Source: an uncultured Acidimicrobiales bacterium (GTDB lineage Bacteria > Actinomycetota > Acidimicrobiia > Acidimicrobiales > SHLQ01). Taken from it: a stretch of DNA of 64,000 nucleotides. Made by a program: the position numbers and the translations under genes. Below are positions 56,651 to 64,000 of the stretch, in pieces. The notes below the pieces were generated by a model. The model made no database searches. It was not told the origin of the DNA and saw only the letters and a list, made by a program, of their open reading frames with translations. The stretch spans positions 3,241-67,240 of the forward strand of contig CAZLWE010000005.1 of assembly GCA_964562985.1 (NCBI GenBank). Direction: 5' to 3'. The first letter of the stretch is position 1; every line of letters starts with the position of its first letter.

Positions 56651-59146
56651 ATGACAATCGACCCGAACCAATGGACGCAAAAAACCCGCGAAGGCTTCGT
56701 CGCCGCGCAGGACCTTGCAAAGACCGAATCACACCCCGAAGTCACCCCCGAGCACCTCTTGCTCGCGCTCGTCGGGCAAGCCGATGGTGTCGTGCTGCCG
56801 ATCTTGCAGCGGATGGGCCAGGAGCCGATGGTGGTTCGTAATCGGCTCAACGAGAAGCTGAAAGCCTTGCCGAAGGCATTCGGCGGGGATGTCCAACAGT
56901 CACGGGACCTGATCGGGGCCTTCGAGAAGGCCGACAAGGCCCGAGCCGACCTCGGCGACGACTACCTCTCCACCGAACATCTGCTCTTGGCGATGGCCGA
57001 CCGCCTCGACCTCGACCGCAAACAGGTCATGGAGGCGTTGCGCGAAGTTCGGGGCTCTCACCGCGTGACTACCCAGAACCCCGAGGACCAATACCAGAGC
57101 TTGGAGAAGTACGCGCGAGATCTCACGGCCGCTGCGCGAGCCCAGAAACTCGACCCGGTCATCGGCCGCGATGATGAAATTCGTCGTGTGATTCAAGTCT
57201 TGAGCCGGCGGACGAAGAACAACCCGGTCTTGATCGGCGAGCCCGGTGTCGGCAAGACGGCGATTGTCGAAGGGCTCGCGAACCGAATCGTTGAGGGCGA
57301 TGTTCCCGAGTCGCTCAAGAACAAGACGATCATGTCGCTCGATCTGTCTTCGATGGTGGCCGGCGCAAAGTATCGCGGCGAGTTCGAGGAGCGATTGAAG
57401 GCAGTCCTCAAGGAGATTGATGACGCCGACGGCCAGATCATCACGTTCATTGATGAGCTGCATACCGTCGTCGGTGCGGGCGCGGGCGGAGATAGTTCGA
57501 TGGATGCAGGAAACATGCTCAAGCCGATGCTCGCCCGCGGCGAGCTCCGGATGATGGGCGCGACCACGCTCGACGAGTTCCGCAAATACATCGAGAAGGA
57601 CGCGGCGCTCGAACGCCGGTTCCAGCAAGTTCTGGTCGAACCACCGTCGGTTGAGGACACGGTCGCGATCTTGCGCGGTCTCGCCGAACGCTATGAAGTG
57701 CATCACGGTGTGCGCATTCAAGATGCTGCGCTAGTGAGTGCTGCCGTGCTGTCCGACCGCTATCTAACCGGTCGGTTCCTTCCGGACAAGGCCATTGACC
57801 TCGTCGACGAATCCGCGTCGAAGCTCCGCATCGAGATCGACTCGGTTCCCATTGAGATCGATGTTGTCGACCGGCGAATCCGCCAGCTCGAAATGGAGCG
57901 GGTCGCCCTCCAAAAGGAATCCGACCGTGCATCTCAATCGCGCCTGGAGGACTTGGAAGGCGAGTTGGCGGATCTCACCGAGCAACTCTCTGCAATGAAG
58001 GTGCACTGGCAATCCGAACGCGATGCCATCGACGAGATTCGCACGCGCAAGGAACAGCTCGAGCAGCTCAAGCTCGATGTCGAGCGAGAGCAGGACCTCG
58101 AGAAGGCCGCCGAGATTCGATACGGGCTCATTCCGACCCTCGAAGGAGAGATAGCCGAAGCGACCGGTCGATTGAACGATCTTCAGGGTGACAACGTGAT
58201 GCTCAAAGAAGAGGTAGATGCGGAAGATATTGCGGAGGTCGTAAGCGCCTGGACCGGAGTTCCGGTCAGTCGGCTGCTCGAAGGTGAAGTACAAAAGCTG
58301 ATCCGTCTTGAGGAGGTTTTGCACCAGCGCGTCATTGGCCAGGAGGACGCGGTGAAGGTAGTCGCCGACGCGATTCGACGGAGCCGTGCCGGACTCTCTG
58401 ACCCCAACCGTCCGATCGGCAGCTTCTTGTTCCTTGGTCCCACGGGCGTTGGTAAGACCGAACTCGCTCGCTCACTGGCCGACTTCCTCTTCGACGACGA
58501 GCGGGCGATGATCCGCATCGACATGAGCGAATACATGGAGAAGCATTCGGTTTCTCGACTGATTGGTGCTCCCCCCGGATATGTCGGCTACGACGCGGGA
58601 GGGCAACTTACCGAGGCGGTTCGTCGCCGCCCGTACGCTGTTGTGCTGCTCGACGAGGTGGAGAAGGCACATGCTGATGTCTTCAACGTCTTGTTGCAGC
58701 TGCTCGATGATGGCCGACTAACCGATGGCCAGGGTCGAACGGTCGACTTCAGCAATGTCGTGCTCATCATGACGTCGAATCTTCCGGGCGACCCAATGGC
58801 ATTCTTCCGGCCGGAGTTCATCAACCGCATCGACGACATGGTGCGCTTCCGCGAACTTACCGAGGACGATCTTCGGGAGATCGTCGACATTCAACTCGAA
58901 ATCTTCAGAGGCCGTCTGGTGGATCGACACATCACGTTGGAGATCAGCGACGACGCCCGGGCGTGGTTGGCCAAGGAAGGCTACGACCCTGCCTTTGGCG
59001 CCCGGCCGCTGAAGCGTGTGGTCCAGCGCGAGGTAGCGGACAAGCTGGCCATCAAACTCCTCGATGGGTCCTTCGAGGATGAGGCAAGTATCCGCGTAGA
59101 CGTCGATGCGGAAGGCTCCTCTCTGGTGTTTGTCGAAGAAAGCTAG
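56651..59146 (+). CDS. clpB: disaggregase ClpB
   Basis: GEPGVGKT and GPTGVGKT Walker A motifs, M-domain coiled coil, GYVGY pore loop. Confidence 0.98.
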   Translation: MTIDPNQWTQKTREGFVAAQDLAKTESHPEVTPEHLLLALVGQADGVVLPILQRMGQEPMVVRNRLNEKLKALPKAFGGDVQQSRDLIGAFEKADKARADLGDDYLSTEHLLLAMADRLDLDRKQVMEALREVRGSHRVTTQNPEDQYQSLEKYARDLTAAARAQKLDPVIGRDDEIRRVIQVLSRRTKNNPVLIGEPGVGKTAIVEGLANRIVEGDVPESLKNKTIMSLDLSSMVAGAKYRGEFEERLKAVLKEIDDADGQIITFIDELHTVVGAGAGGDSSMDAGNMLKPMLARGELRMMGATTLDEFRKYIEKDAALERRFQQVLVEPPSVEDTVAILRGLAERYEVHHGVRIQDAALVSAAVLSDRYLTGRFLPDKAIDLVDESASKLRIEIDSVPIEIDVVDRRIRQLEMERVALQKESDRASQSRLEDLEGELADLTEQLSAMKVHWQSERDAIDEIRTRKEQLEQLKLDVEREQDLEKAAEIRYGLIPTLEGEIAEATGRLNDLQGDNVMLKEEVDAEDIAEVVSAWTGVPVSRLLEGEVQKLIRLEEVLHQRVIGQEDAVKVVADAIRRSRAGLSDPNRPIGSFLFLGPTGVGKTELARSLADFLFDDERAMIRIDMSEYMEKHSVSRLIGAPPGYVGYDAGGQLTEAVRRRPYAVVLLDEVEKAHADVFNVLLQLLDDGRLTDGQGRTVDFSNVVLIMTSNLPGDPMAFFRPEFINRIDDMVRFRELTEDDLREIVDIQLEIFRGRLVDRHITLEISDDARAWLAKEGYDPAFGARPLKRVVQREVADKLAIKLLDGSFEDEASIRVDVDAEGSSLVFVEES

Positions 59147-59270
59147 GCCTGCTGGATCTTCCAAATGGGCCGATTCGGCTATCTCATCACCTCGCAAACT
59201 GGGGCTAATATCTCGTTAAGTAGCGTTTTGAGCTATAAATACTACACGGCGAGATATACGGAGATAAGCG

Positions 59271-60362
59271 ATGAGTTCCTTGTTGAAACATCAATCGAAG
59301 CGAGCAGCGGGAGGGTTCCTTACCGCAGTGCTGCTGGCCTCGGTATTGAGTGTCGCCGCGGTCTCGGCGCAGACGAGCTCCGGCTCCAGTTGTTCCGGCG
59401 ATTTCGTCCGTGACATCGAGGGCATCCAATTCATCGTTGGCGGTGTCACCACGGCAGACCTCGCGCTGGCTGCCCCAATTCCTGCGGGCACCTACGACCT
59501 CAACGCCGCTTCACGCGACGAACACAATGGTCGAGAGTCCCTAGCCCCTCAGCCCCAAGAGCAGTGGGTCGTTGAGTTCCTCGATAGCAATGGCAACGTC
59601 CTCGCCACCTCTCAACCGACGGCGGATCTGGCGGACAACACGGCTGCGGCGACCTGGGATGGCTCGATCGGCTCCGTCACGCTTGCTGCTGACGCAGTGT
59701 CCGCACGAGCTGTTCACGCAGCGCCAACGTCATCGAGTGCAAACTCGGTGTTTCCTGTCTGCCTCGGTGCAACCCTCAATGCACCTGTCGCTGTCGCCGA
59801 GGACCCAGCCGACGATGAGGTCGCTCGAAGCGTTGGTGGCGACGAGGACCCAGTGACATCGTCAATCACCCTCGACTATGACTCCGATGCTGAGGCCACT
59901 TCCTCGGCTGCAGTCATCTGCGACAACAGCGCCAACGTAGAGGCTGGAGACCAGATCGACATCGTCGTAGACGATATTGAACTCGGCAGCGAGTGCGTCG
60001 TGGGCTACCCAGAGAACCTCAGTTGCACAGTCGTTGTCGATCCCGCCCCGAGCAATGTTGGTGAACGTGCTGGCGAAGTCATCATTGGATTCCCTGCTGA
60101 TGCTCCGTTGTCGGTATTCGTCGACATCGACTGCACGGACCCAGAGCTCGCAGCGGCGCCGGTGGTAACGACCGTTGCACCTGAACCAGCCGCTCCGGCA
60201 GTGACTACGACCGCAGCGCCTGCTCCCGTAACCACCACGACGGTGGCGTCCGCTGTAGCAGCAGCCACGGCAACGCCAACCACTGTTGTCTCCTCGACGC
60301 AGAACGCACCGGCCGCACCCGCCGCTCAACCACGAGTCGGTACCCCAGCCTTTACCGGCTAG
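59271..60362 (+). CDS. secreted acidic protein with Cys pairs, an A/P/T-rich tail and terminal PAFTG
   Basis: Signal peptide ending VSA; tail ...APAAQPRVGTPAFTG*. Confidence 0.8.
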   Translation: MSSLLKHQSKRAAGGFLTAVLLASVLSVAAVSAQTSSGSSCSGDFVRDIEGIQFIVGGVTTADLALAAPIPAGTYDLNAASRDEHNGRESLAPQPQEQWVVEFLDSNGNVLATSQPTADLADNTAAATWDGSIGSVTLAADAVSARAVHAAPTSSSANSVFPVCLGATLNAPVAVAEDPADDEVARSVGGDEDPVTSSITLDYDSDAEATSSAAVICDNSANVEAGDQIDIVVDDIELGSECVVGYPENLSCTVVVDPAPSNVGERAGEVIIGFPADAPLSVFVDIDCTDPELAAAPVVTTVAPEPAAPAVTTTAAPAPVTTTTVASAVAAATATPTTVVSSTQNAPAAPAAQPRVGTPAFTG

Positions 60363-60369
60363 CCGATTC

Positions 60370-60882
60370 TTATTCTGGAAGTTGCTCGGGCCCGTCACTG
60401 GGTCCGAGCTTCTTCGCGTACCAGCGCTGCGCGTAGGGGTTGTCGTTGTAGGCAGCGACGCTGAGGTAGCCCCGGCTGGTGTACATAGCGATCGCCTCGT
60501 GGAGCACGGAGTTGGTGTCGAGATACACCGTGTGGGCCTCGAAGGCGTGGCCAACATCTTCGAGATATCGCAGTGTCGCGGCACCAACGCCTCTCCCACG
60601 CCAGGCGGGGTCGACCCACATTCGCTTGATCTCAGCCACCTGTGACTCGAGCAGCTGAATCCCTCCACAGGAGACCACCTGGTCATTCACGAATCCAAGA
60701 ATGAATCGTCCCTTGGGTTCGCGAAACTGGTCTGCTCCGTGGGTCAACGCATCTCCCGGATCGAAGCCATTGGTGAAACGAGTGGCGAGTTCGGCGAAGT
60801 AGGCGGTCATCGCATCTACTGCTTCTTGGCTCTGCGGATCTACCGCAGCAAATATGACAGAGGTTTCGGGTTTGTTGCCCAC
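60370..60882 (-). CDS. GNAT N-acetyltransferase; start approximate
   Basis: [18 protein letters not shown]; [14 protein letters not shown]...GY...YNDNPYA. Confidence 0.88.
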   Translation of the reverse strand: MGNKPETSVIFAAVDPQSQEAVDAMTAYFAELATRFTNGFDPGDALTHGADQFREPKGRFILGFVNDQVVSCGGIQLLESQVAEIKRMWVDPAWRGRGVGAATLRYLEDVGHAFEAHTVYLDTNSVLHEAIAMYTSRGYLSVAAYNDNPYAQRWYAKKLGPSDGPEQLPE

Positions 60883-60950
60883 GGTGTTCGACCCTATCCG
60901 TCCCGATAAAGTCAATCGGTTCTGATTTTCTGAATGGAAGGACACCACCT

Positions 60951-62231
60951 ATGGGAGCGACCGTCATTGTCGGTACGCAGTGGGGTGACGAAGGCAAGGG
61001 CAAGTTCACCGACTTGCTGGCGCGAGACATGACCACCGTTGTGCGTTTCCAGGGTGGACACAACGCCGGCCACACCATCGTTGTCGAAGGGGAGAGCTTT
61101 GCACTGCAGCTCGTGCCCTCAGGCGTGCTCTACGACCACATCACTCCCGTCATCGGAAATGGTGTCGTTGTCGACGCCGGCGTATTGCTCAAAGAGATGG
61201 CGATGCTCGAGTCAAAGGGCGTCGATACCGCGCGTCTGCGGGTAAGTGGAAACGCCCACCTCATCTTCCCGTACCACCAGAGCCTCGACGCGTTGCAAGA
61301 ACGCGCACTTGGCAAGAACAAGCTCGGCACCACCAAGCGAGGCATCGGACCGTCGTACGCCGACAAGTCCATGCGTACTGGCCTGCGGATGCAGGACATC
61401 CTCGATGAGAAGATCTTCCGAGCGAAGCTCGAGGTAGTACTCAATCAGCTCAATCCGATCATGGCCCGGGTGTACAACAAGATGGGCTTCGAGATCGACG
61501 AGATCGTCGACACGTTCCAGAACGAATACCGCCCCAAGCTTGAGCCGCTGATCGACGACGCGATTTCGTTGGTCCATGATCGTCTCGAAGCCGGAGACGA
61601 GATCTTGCTCGAAGGTGCACAGGCGACCTTCCTCGACCTCGACCACGGCACGTACCCGTTCGTGACCTCGTCGAACCCAACCGCCGGTGGCGCGTGCGTG
61701 GGCTCGGGCGTCGGACCGCGCTACATCGATCGGGTTGTCGGTGTTGCGAAGGCATACATCACGCGTGTTGGTTCGGGGCCCTTCGTCACCGAACTCTTCG
61801 ATGAGGTTGGCGACCACATCGTCGATGTGGGTCATGAGTTCGGCACGAACACCGGTCGGCGACGCCGTCCCGGCTACTTCGATTGCGTCATGATGCGCTA
61901 CGCCCGCCGGGTGAACTCGCTATCGGAAATGGCTGTCGCGAAGCTCGACGTGCTCGATCAACTCGACGAGATCAAGGTGTGCGTGGCCTATGAACATAAG
62001 GGCGAACGACTCGACGACTATCCGTACCACCAGAGCGTTCTCCATGACTGCAAGCCGATCTATGAGACCCTTCCCGGTTGGAAGACCGACCTCACCGGTG
62101 TCACGAGCAAAGCAGAGCTTCCCACCGAGGCTGCCGACTACTTGGCGTTTCTCGCCGATCAGTGCGGTTTGCCTGTGACGCTCGTGGGCGTTGGCCCCGG
62201 CCGCAAGCAGGTCTTCGACTTCTCCGCATGA
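60951..62231 (+). CDS. purA: adenylosuccinate synthetase
   Basis: [47 protein letters not shown]. Confidence 0.99.
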   Translation: MGATVIVGTQWGDEGKGKFTDLLARDMTTVVRFQGGHNAGHTIVVEGESFALQLVPSGVLYDHITPVIGNGVVVDAGVLLKEMAMLESKGVDTARLRVSGNAHLIFPYHQSLDALQERALGKNKLGTTKRGIGPSYADKSMRTGLRMQDILDEKIFRAKLEVVLNQLNPIMARVYNKMGFEIDEIVDTFQNEYRPKLEPLIDDAISLVHDRLEAGDEILLEGAQATFLDLDHGTYPFVTSSNPTAGGACVGSGVGPRYIDRVVGVAKAYITRVGSGPFVTELFDEVGDHIVDVGHEFGTNTGRRRRPGYFDCVMMRYARRVNSLSEMAVAKLDVLDQLDEIKVCVAYEHKGERLDDYPYHQSVLHDCKPIYETLPGWKTDLTGVTSKAELPTEAADYLAFLADQCGLPVTLVGVGPGRKQVFDFSA

Positions 62232-63451
62232 GAGTTGTAGTCGTTGGATCGGGTGGTCGCGAGCACGCGCTTGCCGACGTGCTCGGACGCACCGCGACCG
62301 ACGTTGTCGTAACCCCGGGCAACGCAGGCATCTCCGGATCGGTTGACACCCCCGCCACTGAACTCGACGCCGATCTCTTTGTGATCGGCCCAGAGGTCCC
62401 GCTTGTCGATGGCCTCGCGGACGAACTCCGTAGTCAAGGCAAGCTGGTTTTCGGTCCGGGCGCTGATGGCGCGCAGCTCGAAGGGTCCAAGGCCTACATG
62501 AAACAGCTCTTGGTTGCGGCCGGAGTGCCGACGGCCGCTCACGGAGCTTTCACCGAGGCTGCCCCGGCGCTCGAGTTCCTCGCCACCATGTCGGCGCCGT
62601 TCGTCATCAAGACCGACGGTCTGGCTGCGGGCAAAGGTGTGTTGGTTACCGACGACCGTGCTGAGGCCGAAGCAGCTATCCACGACTACCTTGCTGGTGA
62701 CGCCTTCGGCGATGCGGGCAAAACGGTCGTGATCGAAGAAGGACTCGTCGGACCCGAGGTATCAGTCTTTGCGATCTGCGATGGGACCAAAGCGGTTGCG
62801 CTCGCTCCGGCCCAAGACCATAAGCGCATTGGCGATGGCGACACCGGCCCGAACACCGGCGGTATGGGCGCCTACACGCCGCTGCCATGGGCCGACGGCG
62901 ACCTGGTCGACACCATCATGACCAGCTGCATCGAACCGACCTTGGCGGAGCTGCGTAAACGCGGCATCGATTATCGCGGCACGCTCTTTGCTGGCCTGAT
63001 GTTGACCGAGGCAGGCCCGAAGATGCTCGAATACAACATTCGCTTCGGTGACCCCGAAACCCAAGTGGTGTTGCCACGAATCGATTCCGACCTCGGCCAA
63101 CTCCTCGCCGAAGCAGCGGGCGGAAACATTGCGACCGACCCGGTCTTCTCCGATGATTCTCTGGTCGCCGTGGTGTGTGCGAGCGAGGGCTATCCCGCCT
63201 CTGCTCGAACCGGCGATGTGATCGACGGTATCGAAGCCGCCCGCGCGCTCGATGGCGTGTCCGTCTACTGCGCCGGGGTAAAGACCAACGACGCTGGTGA
63301 ACTGATCACCGGTGGTGGGCGAGTGCTGAACGTGATCGGCCGCGGCTCCACCATGGCCGAAGCCATAAGTCGGGCATATGCCGGTGTCGCTGAGATCTCC
63401 TGGCCCGGAATGCAACACCGCACCGACATCGCACATCAAGCAAGTAGCTAA
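62228..63451 (+). CDS. purD: phosphoribosylamine-glycine ligase
   Basis: [48 protein letters not shown]. Confidence 0.98.
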   Translation: MRVVVVGSGGREHALADVLGRTATDVVVTPGNAGISGSVDTPATELDADLFVIGPEVPLVDGLADELRSQGKLVFGPGADGAQLEGSKAYMKQLLVAAGVPTAAHGAFTEAAPALEFLATMSAPFVIKTDGLAAGKGVLVTDDRAEAEAAIHDYLAGDAFGDAGKTVVIEEGLVGPEVSVFAICDGTKAVALAPAQDHKRIGDGDTGPNTGGMGAYTPLPWADGDLVDTIMTSCIEPTLAELRKRGIDYRGTLFAGLMLTEAGPKMLEYNIRFGDPETQVVLPRIDSDLGQLLAEAAGGNIATDPVFSDDSLVAVVCASEGYPASARTGDVIDGIEAARALDGVSVYCAGVKTNDAGELITGGGRVLNVIGRGSTMAEAISRAYAGVAEISWPGMQHRTDIAHQASS

Positions 63452-63463
63452 GGCGTCCTACCA

Positions 63464-63679
63464 ATGTCTGACCTAGTCCAGATCGCACTCACGAACGATC
63501 GCTTCGAAAGCGACATTCTCGCGCAGGCCGTACGGGCTGAGGGCTACACGGTTCAGCTGGTGCACCACGACGAGCTCGGCAGCGGAACCACGTCGATTAC
63601 GCGGCCCAGCTATCTGCTCGCGCACGACGCCGACGCCGAGGCCATTCGCGAGATACTCGCCCGCTCGATCGAGAGCTAG
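63464..63679 (+). CDS. small hypothetical protein (DUF2007-like)
   Basis: 71 aa; ...ESDILAQAVRAEGY...DAEAIREIL pattern; follows purD by 12 bp. Confidence 0.55.
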   Translation: MSDLVQIALTNDRFESDILAQAVRAEGYTVQLVHHDELGSGTTSITRPSYLLAHDADAEAIREILARSIES

Positions 63680-63713
63680 GTCCGGCCTAGTTCAGCTGGG
63701 CTAGCTTCGATCC

Positions 63714-64000
63714 GTGGCGAACAAGACCAAACCGACGACCGTTGACCCCGCGGCTTACATCGCGTCGATCGAACACGACACCCGTCGTGAAGACGCGCTG
63801 ACGTTGCTGGAACTGATGGGCCGCCTCAGTGGGTTCGAGGCCAAGATGTGGGGACCGACCATGGTGGGCTTTGGTCGCTATCACTACAAGTACGACACCG
63901 GTCGTGAAGGTGACTGGTTCATGGTTGGGTTCTCACCGCGCAAAGCCAACCAAGTCATCTACCTCATGCCGGGATACGAGAACTTCGACGATGAGTTGGC
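63714..64000 (+). CDS. DUF1801 (YdhG-like) protein, truncated by the window end; missing from the ORF track
   Basis: MANKTKPT...MWGPTMVGFGRYHYKYDTGREGDW..GFSPRKAN..IY. Confidence 0.88.
   Translation, partial: MANKTKPTTVDPAAYIASIEHDTRREDALTLLELMGRLSGFEAKMWGPTMVGFGRYHYKYDTGREGDWFMVGFSPRKANQVIYLMPGYENFDDEL

Noticed and set aside
58760-58830. Shortened NBD2 segment in ClpB ([16 protein letters not shown])
   Set aside because: It falls in a variable loop, all catalytic motifs are intact and the frame is continuous; not a pseudogene.

Overview
A 64-kb chromosomal window from an actinobacterium, probably Acidimicrobiia (inferred from gene content and order). It spans the replication origin. The core block is DUF6049-DegV-Ser/Thr kinase-SigM-like ECF/anti-sigma-trxB-trxA-CwlM-like, followed by parB-parA-(2 perfect parS)-rsmG-jag-yidC-yidD-rnpA-rpmH, then dnaA-dnaN with DnaA-box clusters on both sides of dnaA. 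To the left lie ssb-rpsF, an MFS-HAD-prolyl oligopeptidase operon, mycothiol-type enzymes, PrsW, an HTTM pair, a BBOX-like dioxygenase, panB and the CCA-adding enzyme. To the right lie an FG-GAP/RTX-repeat secreted protein, a plant/trypanosomatid-type gpmI, dnaK-grpE-dnaJ-hspR, a polyamine uptake/catabolism cluster, clpB, purA and purD. I found no rRNA, tRNA, CRISPR, transposase or integrase. The best novelty candidates are: (1) a polyamine cluster carrying a GNAT plus C45 Ntn-hydrolase pair and a doubly coupled 32-aa ORF; (2) an intact kinase resembling the mycobacterial MviN pseudokinase module, with murJ absent from the locus; (3) a GGAAT-N17/18-GTT ECF promoter set that includes panB; (4) a C-terminal PxFTG-stop motif; (5) an HTTM plus partner pair. 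All family assignments come from motif recognition by eye; no searches were run.
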